From the NCBI RefSeq assembly GCF_006345805.1, contig NC_043000.1, forward strand, positions 83,452,001-83,516,000: a stretch of DNA of 64,000 nucleotides. Direction: 5' to 3'. Source of the DNA: Octopus sinensis. Taxonomy: Eukaryota. The position numbers were made by a program, and so were the translations under genes. The notes beneath the pieces are model-generated. The model had not been told where the DNA came from, ran no database searches, and saw only the letters and a program-made list of their open reading frames with translations. This document shows, piece after piece, positions 37,101-52,900 of the stretch; the first letter of the stretch is position 1; the number at the start of each line of letters is the position of its first letter.

Positions 37101-40100
37101 ATACCCTCCATCAGGCATTTGCCATATTCTGAACGCCTTACTTCACTGGGCATGAATACATTGAAACTTTGACGTCTGGCAGCTGACTTGGCAGACACCC
37201 ATAAAATTATTAACCATCTTACTAACAATAACTCAGCACCTTTTCAAACTCCACCTGTCTAACACTCGTGGACATGTTTACAAAGTCAGAAAACAACACA
37301 GCTCCCATGACTTTCGGAAACATTTTTTCACGCTAAGAGTTGCTGAAGTATGGAACAAACTGCCGGCATCAGTTGTTAGTTGTCAGAGCACTGCATCTTT
37401 CAAAACTTCCATGCTTCCTGAGATTTTCCAACACTACACCTGATTTTCTCCCCTCCATACACACGCAAGCATGTATCTGACTCATACACTGTTCACTTCC
37501 CAGACATTTGTACATTACTGCATATGCTTTATATGCACTTTTGACAAGTGGTGCACCTGAGCACTGTATACAATAATTTCATTATTATTATTATTATTAT
37601 TATTATAAGTTCAACATTACAACTTTGAAGGACCAAAAATTCCATGTAAACTGCAGCAGAATTTGGATGAATAGTAATGATGTTTGAATGTTTACCCTAC
37701 ATCTTTTATCTTTTACTTGTTTCACTCATCAGACGGCAGCCGTGCTGGGGTACTGCCTTGAAGAATTTTTAGATGAATGAATGAACACCAGAACTTCTTT
37801 TATTATTATTTTTTTTTTGTTTGTTAAGCCTGGTACTTATTCTATCAGTTTCCTTTGCCAAACCACTAAGTTATGGAGACATAAACCCACCAACATCAGT
37901 TGTCAAGGGGACAAACACTGACACAAAGACACACACACATGCACGTACACATGCACACACACACATGCACACATACACACACACATATGCACATACATAT
38001 ATATACAACAAGCTTCTTTCAGTTTCCGTCTACTAAATTTACTCACAAAGCTTTGGTTGGACCAAGGCTATAGTAGAATTCGCTTCCCCAAGGTGCCCTG
38101 CAATGGGACTGAACCTGTAAACATGTGGTTGGGAAGCAAGCTTCTTACCACACTGGAAAATACAATATTACTAATAAAACATACACACACACACACTATT
38201 TAAAAACTGATAAAAAGCATCTCAGATATCAATATTAGAGAATACGGGTCTATAAATCAATAGCAATTGTAATCCTTAGCAGAAAATTATATCTAAACAA
38301 AACTGAAACCAAGAAAGTGCATACAAGTATAAACATTTCAAGTTATTCAAATCAAATATCTTTTGTTCCATTAATGTTTTCATCTTAGCCCTTTCTTTAC
38401 CAAATTTCTGTTGAAATACACTGCATTTGTTTAAAATGATTTTGAAAATTATAGGCACAGGAGTGGCTGTGTGGTAAGTAGCTTGCTTACCAACCACATG
38501 GTTCCGGGTTCAGTCCCACTGCATGGCACCTTTGGCAAGTCTTCTACTATAGCCTTGGGCCGACCAAAGCCTTGTGAGTGAATTTGGTAGACAGAAACTG
38601 AAAGAAGCCTGTCGTATATATGTATATATATATATATATGTATATGTGTGTATATGTTTGTGTGTCTGTGTTTGTCCCCCAACATTGCTTGACAACGGAT
38701 GCTGGTGTGTTTACATCCCCATAACTTAGCAGTTCATCAAAAAAGACTGATAGAATAAGTACTAGGCTTACAAAGAATAAGTCATGGGGTCGATTTGCTC
38801 GACTAAAGGTGGTGCTCCAGCATGGCCAGTCAAATGACTGAAACAAGTAAAAGAGTAAAAGAGAGTAACTTAGTGAAGTAACTTTTTCACTGTTAAGCTG
38901 ATGAGTAAAATCTAAATTAACTTGAATTTTTTATGGAAGGTTTTAATTGAGATAACTTTAAAACAAAGTTTGTGTCATAGAAGCAGAGGTAGTCTGGGGG
39001 ACAGGTTCATATCAAAAGGGTCAATGATTTGTATATTCATGTTATCAAAGTAAGCAAGTAAGAATAAATGCAAAAGAATGGACATAAAGCTCTAACTTTT
39101 TCAAATCGCTGCTCAAGGACCTCATGTTCCCACTGTAATCCTTTTAATTCTTCCAAAGTCATTTTTAATCTAGCTTTGGTCATCTGAAAGAAAGGAAAAG
39201 GTAACAATATATTAGTATATGCATGTTATTCTGTGCCTACATTCCTATATGAATGTGTGTATTAGTATACACATCTGTGTGTACTAATACAGAAATGACA
39301 AAGGACCAAGACACCTGGTGCCTTGCTGTACTCAAAAAGATCCATCCTCCACAGCGGAAGTGTTAAAGCCACCCGCCTTGGGGAAGAGGATTGGCCTGCA
39401 AGACTCCTATACTGATGCCATGCAAAAAGCACTCATGCTGGTGCCACATAATCGCACTCCTGCCAGTACCACATTAAAAGCACCCAACACACACTGTAAA
39501 GTGATTGGCATTAGGGAGAGCATCCAGCTATAGAAACCAAACCAAATCAGACTGGAAGCTGGTGTAGCTTCACAGCTTGCCAGCTCTGGTCAAACTATTC
39601 AACCCATGCCAGCATGGAAAACAGATGATAATGATGATGAGATGGAGAATCTGTGTGCATGTGTGTGTGTATGTACACATTATAAACATGTCTGCTTGTA
39701 AATTTAGACACTTGCTTGATTAGACAACACAGTCATTTCTTATTATGAGAAACCTTTCTTAATAGCAAGTTCTCAGTAAAGAAACAGTACTAGGACCTAG
39801 ATTTTAAGTGTACAACAGGAGGCAAGATAAGGTGCCTTGCTCAATGATAGAAACAATATCTGTGATATAGTTGAAATCTGTAACTTAAATAGTGTAACAA
39901 TACAATACTTATATACCTGGCACCTTGCTGTACTAAAGAAGACCCATCCTCCACAGTGGAAATGTTAAGGTCACTCCCCTTAGGGATGAGGATTGGCCTG
40001 CAAGAGTCCTATGCTGGTGCCATACAAAAAGCACTCAGGCCAACGCTATGTAATTTCACTCCTGCCGGTACCACATTAAAAGCACTCAGCACACACTGTA

Positions 40101-42682
40101 AAGTGGTTGTCATTAGGAAAGGCATCCAGCTGTAGAAAACAAGCCAAATTGAACTGGAACCTGGTATAGCTTTGCAGCTTGCCAGCTCTGGTCAAATCAT
40201 CCAACCCATGTCAGCATGAAAAATGGATGTTAAAGTATGATGATGATGATGATGATGATGATCTGTGTGGATGTGTGTGTGTATGCATATATTGTAAATA
40301 TATTTGTTTGTAAATTTAGATACTTGCTTGATTAGGCAAAACACTTACTTCTTATTATGAGAATCCTTTCTTAATAACAAGTTCTCAGAAAAAGATACAA
40401 TACTAGGACCGACATTTTAAGTATACTACAGGAGATAAGATAAGGTGCTTTGCTTAATGATAGAATGCAATATCTGCGATATAGTTGAAATTTGTAACTT
40501 AAATAGTGTAACACTACTACTGTTACATACCATGCATTACAAATACTATAACCTTGTGATTACCTTTTTATTTTAAGAATGAAAAATAAGATTTGTTACC
40601 TTAAGGCATTGTTTGTCTTTCTCATAGTTAGCAAGAGCTTTCCGCAGTTCCTCAACTTCTTCTCGAGCACGCTGTAAAGGCTCAGTTAACCGTTTGTTTT
40701 CTGCAATTAAATCAGCCATCTGCTTTTCAAGGCGTTCTTCTTTCTTTTTCATGTCTTCTACTTGTTCCTGAAACATAAATAGCATTAATTTGTTGGCACA
40801 CTTAGAGAATTTATTTCTATTCAATTAGTAAATGTTGGTCCTTTATTTAACCTCTTCTCTTTACAGGGTCTATACGAACAGCTTTAATTGGAGCTACTTA
40901 GCATCAATATGCAATACTTCGTGAGTTTTTTTTAATAAAAATATGGTAAAAACTAAGGAAAAAAGGCAGAAAAGTAACAATCTTGTAGATTTTGACAGGA
41001 TAAAAAACAAATGTTTTTCAAAGCTTCTGAGAGTCAATGTTTAGAGCTAGGTTCATGATATAAAGCATATCACAGATAAATTTCCTCCCAGCTTAAGTCC
41101 TAGTCAATCACCATAACAGATCAGTTATCTATTTCTGATAAGATGTACTGAGGTACATAGAATAAGATAGATAGCTGTATAGAATGAGGTACATAGAATA
41201 AGGTATATAGGCATATAGAATTAGATGCATTAGAATAAAGTATCTAGAATGAGGTGCATAGAATAATGTATACAGGTATTTAGAGGTACAAAGAATAATG
41301 TATATAGTTATATAGAATGAGTTGCATTAGAATAATGTATATAGAATGAGGTGCGTTAGAATAATGTATATAGAATGAGATGTGTTAGAATAATGTATAT
41401 AGAATGAGGTACATAGAATAGAACAACGGTGTATAGAAAGCGATACATTGAATAATGTATAATACAGATATGTAGAGATACAAAGAATAATGCACATAGT
41501 TATATAGAATGAGGTACATAAAAATAAGGTATATCCCTTTAATATATAAACCAGCCATATCCAACCCAAATATTTGACTTGTTTTATGTTGAAACCAACC
41601 AGACCTGGCCTCTCAAACCTATTTTTAGAATATCATACTAAAAATATACAATAATATCATTGAAATCTCAAAGTAACAAGATAATACATGATTAATTCAA
41701 AACAATATGAATAAATAAGTACTACATTTGTGAGAGTAATCTGAGTGCAAAGGGATATAGGTACATAGAATAAGGTACATTAGAATAAGTGTCTCACCCA
41801 GAATTACAAGGGATATAGGTACATAGGATAAGGTACATTAGAGTAAGTGTCTCACCCAGAATTACAAGGGATATAGGTACATAGAGAAGATACATTGGAA
41901 TAAGAGTCTCACCCAGAATTACAAGGGATATAGGTACATAGGATAAGGTACATTAGAGTAAGTGTCTCACCCAGAATTACACGGGATATCGGTACATAGA
42001 ATAAGGTGCATTAGAATAAGTGTCTCACCCAGAATTACAAGGGATATAGGTACATAGAATAAGGTACATTGGAATAAGTGACTCACCCAGAATTACAAGG
42101 GATATAGGTACATAGAATAAGGTAGATTAGAATAAGTGTCTCATCCAGAATTATAAAAATACAGATAAAATGCCAGATGAAAATTTCAACTCACAAACTA
42201 ATAGTAATACAACACCCTACTCACTCAGCCATACTGATAAGGAAAATTAATTAGGGTTATACAGGATGTTTTGACAGTATTAATTAGGGCCAGAATAATT
42301 AATTAGATTGTTACCTTGAGTGTATTAATCAAGGCAAGGTTATTTAATGTAATATCATTGTAGTAGTTCTTAATGTCACTAAATGCTTTTTCATGGTTTT
42401 TCATTAGAGTAATAATTTGACTGTTTTTACGTTCTTCAATTTCATGAATCTCAACTTTGCGTTTCAATTCCAATTCATCACGAAGAGCTTGCATTTTTTT
42501 ATCATATTTTCTTTCAATTTCTTTTGCTCGTCGCTCAAATTCTGCCTGTAAGTTTGTGATTTCTTCACTATTTTTCTGATAGGAAAAAAAAAACATAACA
42601 AAAATCGGAATGAAATATTTTTATAAAACTGTTGCAGTTTCAAATAATTTTCTTTTATTCAAATAACAGTTTACTACTACTA

Positions 42683-42730
<48 letters not shown>

Positions 42731-43005
42731 CATCACCATTATCATCATCATTGTGATCATCTTTAAAAGTTAGTAACACTTAGTCTGATGCCCAGCTCAA
42801 CACCCTACAATACTTTAGCAGGGTCCACTTTGTTGCAAAGATTTGGGTCCAGTTTAGTTTGAAAATAATCAAGACTTGTTTCTTCTCTCATTTCCTCTGA
42901 TAATCACAAGGACCCTATAAAAAGGTCATGAATACTTGTCTTCTGCATCTGATTAATCTTTCTACACATACATACATACATACATATATATATATATAAT
43001 ATATA

Positions 43006-43056
<51 letters not shown>

Positions 43057-45471
43057 TATATATATAATATTATTAAAGAAAAATAGGCATTAAATATGCC
43101 TGAGCATTATTAAAAAACAAATTAGAAATACTTATATGATGACAGAAAACGTTGACATATATTATGCTAATCATTTCAACATGTACAGGAGCCAACTCCA
43201 ACCATGCTGCAGTCATAGTAAACCTTCTCAGGAAAGCATAGAATTCATTGTGTTTGCAGATCAAGTCCATGAGGCAAAAATAAAGGTACATTTTATTCTA
43301 TTTGTCCATTAATGCAGTTTAACATTTACTTTCATTCAGAAAACTAGGTTACTGTTAAGAGAGCAGACATAACATATTATAAACTCTTATCCTTTCCATA
43401 AGTGACCAAGCTCAGTCTTTTCTACCATAGGCACAAAGCCTGAAACTTTGGTGTCAAACTGGTGCCTATGCCATTCCCTTGGATAACACCAGGGGCTTGG
43501 AGAGGGGAGGCTGATATGCATGGGTGACTGCTAGTCTTCCATAAACAACATCGACCCAGTGCATAGCTGGTACTTATTTCATCAACCCCGAAAGATTGAA
43601 AGTCAACCTCAGCAGAATTTGAACTCAGAAAATAAAGATGGACAAAATGCCTCTAAGCATTCTGCCAAGCATGTTAATGATTCTGTCAGCTCACTGCCTT
43701 TAATTACCTCAATAACAGTCATTGATCTAATAATATTTTTTTTAATTACCATCTCTAGGTCTAATCCTGTCTAAAAATACAGGTAAAAATAGATCTCATT
43801 TGACCAATGATTTACATCTATCAGCATTAAAATAACTTCTTTTCCTGCTCCAAATTAACTTCATTCATATACTTCAAATCACCAGAAATGAGAATTTTGT
43901 TTTCTTTTCTTAAGACATTTTGAAAATTAGAGGAATAGAATTGAAAAGTGAAATCGATTTCAAATTAGTTTTACTGCTGAAAATTGAATCTGAACTTAAA
44001 TCAAAATGAAAAAAAAATAAACAACTAAAATTCAAACAGATTGAAAAATGTAAAACTGAATTTCATACATGACTGCACATCTAAAGAAACATCCAAATTT
44101 AAAAACACATGAAAGATTGTAAAGTAAGCTTACCTTCTGCAAAGTTTTAACCATGTCTTCATGGGAGAGTTCCATTTCTTTCAGTTCTACCTTAAGATTT
44201 CGTTTATCCTTACGTAACTGTTGTTCATTACTGTAATTGGTCTCCTGAGCCAGTTTTAGTGAAACAGTACTCTCAGCTTTTAACTGTGCAATATTGTTCT
44301 GGTGTTCATACATCAAATGTTTTACTTTCTGTTTGTACACCTGTTAGAAAATTCAGAAAAGGCAAGTCAGTGAGTAACAGGTTTTGCCTGATTTATTCAG
44401 TTCTAAAATAAAAGGGACTGATCTCTGCACTTCCCTTGTCGGGAAAAGCAGACCAATTTATCCCATTTTATGTTAGGTTGTTGCTTGGGAGAGAAAGTTA
44501 TGCTAGTTTGGCCACCTAGAGCAATGTTCCACAACCATTTTTCATTTGCAGTACACTTATATTCTTTGCAAAATTCGGTGGCAAACCTCAACTAAAAATA
44601 CAGCTAAAAGCATATGGAAAAAATTTATATTCAGGTTACACTGTGGCACATCTAGCATAGTCTCATGGCACACCAGTGTGCCATGGCATACAGATTGCAG
44701 AGCACTGACCTAGAGTAAATAAATGAAGACAGGTGATTTAAAAATTTAGCATTTAAACAAGCCATATATGGCGAAAATACTCTACCTGTTTTATATTCAA
44801 ACTGGCCAGATCCAGTACCTCACACCTACCCTACAATATCACTTCTAAATATTAACAATCACATCATCAAAATCTCAAAGCTAAGAGATGACGCACAACC
44901 AATTCAAAACATTGTGAATAAATACACATTGCATTTGACAGACTAATTTGAATACTAAAGTGTTATAAGTGAGATATATAGCTTCCTGATAGCAAGCACT
45001 TACTGTTGGGAACAGTCAAAGAAAAACTGGTTATACATCATGAACATGAGCTTTTCAATACTGATTTGGCATTGTCACAAAAGACTAACAAAAATGGACT
45101 TGAAAGATACAACTGCATCAACTGGGTCTCAATGACAACTGATCACTACACACAAGTAACAACAGAGACAACATAAATATCAGTAGTTGTACCTACAAAC
45201 CAATAAATTTATTGTTGTGTCTTTAGATGAGCTCTTTTACTCTTTTGTTTCAGTTATTTGACTGTGGCCATGCTGGAACACTGCCTTTTAGTCAAGCAAA
45301 TCGATCCCAGGACTTATTCTTTGTAAGCCTAGTACTTATTCTATTGGTCTCTTTTGCCAAACCGCTAAGTTACAGGGACGTAAACACACCAGCATCGGTT
45401 GTCAAGCGATGTTGGGGGGACAAACACAGACACACAAACATACACAAACACACACACACACACACACACAA

Positions 45472-45512
<41 letters not shown>

Positions 45513-46235
45513 TACTACAGGCTTCTTTCAGTTTCCGTCTACGAAATCCATTCACAAGGCTTTGGTCAAGCCCTATAATAGAAGACACTTGCTCAAGGTG
45601 CCACACAGTGGGACTGAACCCGGAACCATGTAGTTCGTATGTAAGCTACTTACCACACAGCCACTCCTATGCCTATAAATAGCTAATAAAGAAGTTTCAG
45701 TATAACTACTGCTGAAAAAGTTTTTCTGAAAATCCTTCCCACTTTCAACCCTTTAGCATTCAAACTGCTCAAATTTGGCCCAAATATTCTGCCTGTTTTA
45801 TGTTCAAACTGGCAAGATCCAGCCTCTCACACCTACTCTACAATGTTGTTCTAAAAATAAAACAATCACACCACCAAAATTTTGAAGCTACAATATAATG
45901 CATGATTAATTCACAACAATGTGAATAACTAAATATCGCATTTGACAGAGTATTCTGACTGCTAAAGGGTTAAATTGAAGACATGTAGTTAATGAAACGA
46001 GTCTGCATCAGCCTTATGAGTAACAAGTGTTTTCATATCCAGAGTAGATGACCTGTAGATTATTCACAAACATTATATGTGCAAGCATAGCTGTGTGCTC
46101 ACTTCACAACCACATGGTTTCAAGTTCAGTCCCACTGTATGGCACCTTGAGTCACTACCTTCTACAGACCAATGCCTTGTGAATAAATCTGGGAGACAGA
46201 AACTGTGTGGAAGTCCATTATACATACATACATAA

Positions 46236-46277
<42 letters not shown>

Positions 46278-47591
46278 ACACATACATACATACATACATA
46301 CATAATACATACATATGATAAACATGGAAGATTGGAGTTAGTGATATCATTTATATTACATAATTTACAATTGCTTCAACAATTCACATTTTGACTAATT
46401 TTGCATTATGCTCATTAACATATCAGTAATAAGTGATTTAGTCATATTAGTCATTGTGCAGATTATTCTTCACATCATACATGGGAATTGTTACTTAGAA
46501 CCTTGTACAAAAATAATATGTGGAGAAACTTGGCTGTTTCACTTCTAAGTATTAAGTTCATCACCTTTTAAATTGGGCAGTTCGAAGTAATCTCATTCTA
46601 TCAGGTGAATGACGCGATGAATAAGAAAAAGAATAAAAAGAAAGAATGAGACAAGATATTTCTCTCTAGTCAACATTGACCTTCAGAAGTTTTAGTCAAA
46701 TTTCCTGCTGTGCTGTCTTCTGTAGATAAAGTGGCTGGATACCTCACTGTGATACCCAAGTATTTCCAAGTCATTGTCGATATGTGTTGAATCCAGAATA
46801 GCAGACTTGATATTTTAACTGCCAAGATTATATATCCCAAGTAACATACTGTATATATATGTGTGTGCATCTTTGTATATGTCCTCCCACCCACAGCTTG
46901 ATAACTGGTGTTAGTTTGTTTATGTTCCTGTAGCTCAGTGGTTTTGGCAAAGGTGACTGATAGAATAAGTACCAGATTTAACAAAATAAGTACTAGGTCA
47001 ATATGTTTGACTAAACCCTTCAAGGGGGTGCCCCAGCATGGCTACAGACCAATGACTGAAACAAGTAAAAGATTAAAAAACAATCAGCTCTCTTCATGTC
47101 ATAGATCTTCTCAAGAAAAATAGGTTTAGAAAAATACAAGGTGGATACTTCACCTTAATTTCAATTTGATGTCTTTCTTCGGCTTCTTCCATTTCTCTGT
47201 CTTTGTTACGTAGTTGAGCTTGAAGTTCTGATAACTTTTGCTGAGTTATGTCCCAGAAAGTGTGAACACGGTCACGCTCCAGCTGGTGGAAGTTTCTTTC
47301 TCTTCTTTCCCGATCAAGCTGCTCTCTCATCCGTACCACATGCTCTTCAAGCTGCAACAAAGCACATGGATGAAACAGAGAAACATGCCTAGACAATGGC
47401 TTAGTATCAATCTCCATGACAAGATTTGGAATTATATCAACATAAAGAGTTTTGAACACTCAATTATAAAGTAATGAATTTACACTTACAATTGAACTTT
47501 AAGTTCATTTATTGCACTAATAGCAATTAAAGTAAAATGTTTAATTAAGTCATCATTGTTATATATGTGCATGTGTGTATAAGTATATATG

Positions 47592-47662
<71 letters not shown>

Positions 47663-47919
47663 ATGATCATGTGACTGACCAGACTATCAGATGTTGTTAC
47701 ACATTGCTGGTCACAATGCGCTTTGCATTGTTTTAACCTTCATATGATGCTACCTTGCTGGCTAGGTAAGCAGGCTAAAATTCTCTTTGATTGAAAGAGG
47801 GACTGGAGCAATGTGAAATGAAATGTTTTGCTCAAGAACACAACATGCTGCCTGGTCTGGAAATCAAACCCATGATCTAGTAATTGTGAGTGCAACGGCC
47901 TAACCACTAGGCCACATGC

Positions 47920-47950
<31 letters not shown>

Positions 47951-49946
47951 ACAAACATGTTGACAAAACTATCAAATTAGAGGCTAACAAATCAAATATA
48001 TTTAGCTTCAGTTTATTCTTATTCTAATATAATTTTCTCTTTTATTCAAACTGTGTGTTACCAGGCCTCTGCAAAATTGGTAATAGGCCTCCATTTCAAT
48101 GAGTTCTGGCCAGATATTACCTGTAGGTTCCTTTTATACTGTTTGTTATGTATTTCAGTAATCAGGATACAAGCTAAAAGGTTGGGTATGATTTAAAAAA
48201 GAAAACACATTCTTCATACACACACATACTCTTCATACACATATATAACTTATGTTTCTAACAAGTGGGTTTAACCCATCACATACCAATTAGCTCCCCT
48301 ACTTCTCTGTGTCTCTTGCCTTTTATAGATTAAATGCCTTAATTAACGAAACTCAAAATTGATAAAATTGAAATTCATAGAGAAATATCTGAAGAGATAC
48401 TCAAAGTAAAAGCCTGTTAAAGGACTTAATTGCTGAAAAATAAAAAATAAATGAACACCTAAAATGACTAACTACATTAACATCCATCTCTACTGACTAT
48501 TCTTGGAGGGGTTGCGGGGGTAGAGTCCTCAGGTAATACTCCCATAGGATCCTATCAGAAGTCATTAGACTCTCTGAGAGCTGAATTCTCAAAAGTGACT
48601 AACTGAGATTATAGATATTATCCAACCATCTCATTCTTGGCCTATCCCTAGGTCTCCTGCTGGTTGGCTCAGTTTGAAGAATCTGTCGTGAATTCTTCGC
48701 TGTGACATTCTAATCGCATGTCTTGTACTGGAACCCAGACACCTCAATGCAGAGAAGTAGCAGCTCATCCTGGAGAGACCCCTGATCTTTGAGCTAGACA
48801 GTGTTACTCTAGAGATCTTTTCACAAGGATCTCTGTATTGTTACTCCAGAGATCCTTTCACAAAACCCCATTTCTGCCACTTATATTTTCAATTGGACTC
48901 TTTTGGTTATTAGCCAACATTCATGACCATAGGTGAGGATAGACATGAAAACTGAGTTGAAGGCAGCAAGTTTGGCTTTTTCACCAAATTGAAGATAACA
49001 AGTAAGACTTTTTCACCAATACATTAATAACAATTTCAAAATTTGGCCCAGGGCAGGAGACTAGTTGATTGTATCAAACCCAGTACTCAACTGGTACTTA
49101 TTTTATTGACCCAAAAGGATGAAAGGCCAAGGTGACCACAGCAGAATTTGAACTCAGAATGTAAAGATGAACAAAATGCCCAGCATGCTAATGATTCTGC
49201 CAACTTGCCACCTTACACCAATACATTAATATTAATGAATAAATTATGAAGTCTTTTAATCTTACCTGTTCTTTTGTCATCTCGTCTGTGGAAACATTGT
49301 CTATGATGATGGGAGTTTTACCTCCTTTCCCAGATTTCTTACCCTTTTTACCGCCTTTCTTTTTAGGTGGCTAAACAAAAACAAAATAAGAATGATAAAC
49401 AGAGTAATTGGTGCCTGATTTATTATGTGGATCTCCATGAAGATAACAATATATATTATAAAATATTAGATGTAACATATATAAAAGATATTATAGATAA
49501 CATATTGACATAAAGAAAACAATCATAAACCACTTGCATTTGCATTCGTTTTTCCTGTCCCATGTTTTCTTATTACTTTTGACCACACTGTGTGTTTGTT
49601 GCCTATTCTGACATTAAAATCGCCCATGATATGGAATTTTACTGACAACTGTCAGCAATTTGGAGCAGAAAATGTCATGCTTTTGTTTGGATGTTGATAG
49701 AATCAGTGCATATGCACTGATAATGTGATGTGTCATGATGCATTGAAACAATCTGTGTTGAAAAAACAGAATGGTAAAAGACACATTTGCCAAATCCCAG
49801 GCAAAATCAAAATCATTATTGTCCCCATTGTGACTTCTTAGCAAATGATCTACAGTAAAGTTGCTTAAAGTAGCTTGAAATCTATGTTTTTTCTAAATAT
49901 TCATCTGCTTTTCTTTTATGTGAATTTCTTGTGTAGATTTGCAGTC

Positions 49947-49992
<46 letters not shown>

Positions 49993-52900
49993 TGTGTGGT
50001 GTGTGTGTGTGTATGTGTGTGTGTGTGGTGTTTTTGTGTCTGTGTTTGTCCCCCAGTGCCACTTGACAACTACTGTTAGTGTGTTATACCTCTGCAGCTT
50101 AGTGGTTTGGACAAACGAAACCGATAGAATAAATGCCAGGCTTAAAATAATAAATACTGGGGTTGAACCTTTTGGATAAAATTCTCCAAGGTGGTGCCCC
50201 AGCATTGCCACAGTCTAATGACTGAAACAAGTAAAAGAATAAAAAAATATTTGTATGTTTGTGTGTGTGTGTGTGAATATATGTACTTTTGTGTTTGACC
50301 CCACCACCGCTTGACAACCGATGTTGGTTTGTTTAATAAGCGATTCAGCAAAAGTAACTTATAGAAGTACCAGACTTTAAAAAATAAGTACTGGGGACGA
50401 TTTGTTCAATTAAAATCTTTCAAGGCGGTGCCCCAGCATGGCCGCAGTCCAATGATTGTAACAAGTAAAAGATAACCAATAATTCAGATCCCCTTTTATA
50501 AATTTTTGTTCATCTGTACATGAGTTGTGGCCCTTCACTAGCTTGTGATTTTGATTTTATCTTAAATTTTCAAGAAGCTATGCTCTTTACCAATTACACT
50601 CAAAGAATAGAACCTAATTAGTCCAATCTACCATAGTCATTCTCGCACTCTTCGTCGCTTCCCATCAACTTTTAGTAAAAAATATTCTTTCCACAATAAA
50701 CACAAAGCGTGAAATTTGCCCGGAGGGGGGCAAATCGATTATATGTGGGCCCCCCACCCCAGTGCTCCGTGTGTATTTATTTTCTGACCCTGAGAGGATG
50801 GCAGGCAAAGTCGAGCTCGGCGGAAGTTACAATCTGAATGTAAAGCTGAAAGAAATACCTCTAATTATATCGCCCCGTGTGCTATAACGATTCGGCTAGC
50901 TCGCCTCCTTTTTTATGATGAAAAATTTTATCAGGTTAGTAATTTCGGGGAAGGGTGTAAGTCGATTGCATCAACCCCAGCACTCAACTAATACTTATTT
51001 TATCAACCCCGAATGGATAAAAGGCAAAGTCGACCTTGGCGGAATTTGAACTTAGAACATTTTGCCCCGTTTGTTAGGGATTCTACTAAGTTCTAAAATT
51101 TGTTGTGTAGCTATTTAAAGGGAAGTAACTCACTAGTTTAGTAGTAAATTATCCCTCCTACACTGTATGGCTTGTTTAATAGAAGGAAACCTGACGAAAA
51201 ACCGGGATTCAATGACTAGACCTGTGCCTGTTGATTGCATGAATATTCTATGCTCGTCGTTGATAAATGAGAGATATTGTATAACAGTCCTTTTTGTGCA
51301 TTTCTGAATATAAATCAAATTCAGACATACTATAACAGCCATTCTGTGTATCTGTGAATAGCGGCATTACTAGATTTGGGAATCATATAAAATCAAATAT
51401 AGACGTTATGTACTCATTTGGTACATCCATCAGTAACGTCATTACTAGTCTTGGGTACGATAAATCAAATACTACACTCTACTGAGTTCTTTCACTTTGT
51501 CTGATGTAGTTAATATTACAGCATGCATACGTACACGTACAAATATGTATGCATGTACACACACACACACACACACAGTGCAAGACACTTGTACTACGCA
51601 TTTCTGTATATCAAATTCACTCACAAGATAACGGTGAGTCTGAGGCTATGGTAAAAATCACTTGCCTTAGGTACTGCACAGGGAGACTAAACCAAAAATC
51701 ATACGGTTACAAAGTGAACTTCTTAACCATACAGTCACGGCTGAGTCCAAACATATGCGTGCGTGTGTGCGTGCATGCATGCATGTATGGGCACCATTTT
51801 TATATACCCTTTTCTTCAAGAGCCTAAAATTATCAGTAACCATCAACCCATATCTTAAAAATTGTTAACTTGTTTGATACAATAATGAATGAAAAAAACT
51901 GCAAATATATAACCCACAGAAAAACTATTTTATAAAGACCCCATATAAAGTACACAGAACACATATAAAACCCATAAAAAATACGTTAATATACCTATTT
52001 CTTTACTACCCACAAGGGGCTAAACACAGAGGGGACAAACAAGGACAGACAAACGGATTAAGTCGATTACATTGACCCAGTATGTAACTGGTACTTATTT
52101 AATCGACCCCGAAAGGATGAAAGGCAAAGTCGACCTCGGCAGAATTTGAACTCAGAACGTAGCAGCAGATGAAATACTGCTGAGCATTTCGTCTGGCGTG
52201 CTAACGTCTCTGCCAGCTCACCGCCTATACGTTAATATACCTTCCAACCCACCCCACAGAATATAGCAGGAATCTACCGAAGAAAATCTCACTTAGATCA
52301 TCAACATTGCCATTATTATCAACATTTAACTTCTGTTTTCCATGCTGGCATAGGTTGGATGGCTTGACAGCAACTTGTAAGACCAAGGTTCCATAGTCTG
52401 TTTTGGCTCGGTTTCTATGGCTGGATGCCATTCCTAATGCCGTGTTGGGTGCTTTTTATGTGGCACCATCACCAGTACTTTTTTACATGACACCTGCACC
52501 ATGGCACCAGCAGCTACACCAATGCTTTTTACATGGCATTCTGGTTTTAGGATTTCAATTCTGTTGTGGTAAGCAGGTCTTCCTGATTACAGCACTATGC
52601 CACATATCTTATTCCTCTGTCATTTCCTTCATAAGTCTCAGCACTTTGAGATGACCTTCAATACATCATCCCATGTCTTCTTAGGTCTCCCTCTTCCACA
52701 ACTTCCTTCCACTTTAAGTGCCGCACTTCTTTATGCAACTATCTTCATCTATCCACATCACATGACCAAACCGGCACAGGCTCCTATCTTGCACACTGCA
52801 TATAATTCCTTGTATGCCCAACTTCTCTCTCAATGCACCAGTGCTCTGTTGTATATGCTACTCTAATACCCTTTGATTCCAGATTTTGTTTCCACATCTC

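Noticed and set aside
38893-38925. CTGATGA hammerhead-like core (others at 22545, 51225, 53817, 55546)
   Set aside because: GAAA, stem III or stem I is missing; 38893, 22545 and 55546 also lie inside other repeats.
41750-42154. CRISPR-like regular array
   Set aside because: The units are contiguous with no unique spacers, in a eukaryotic intron with no cas genes.
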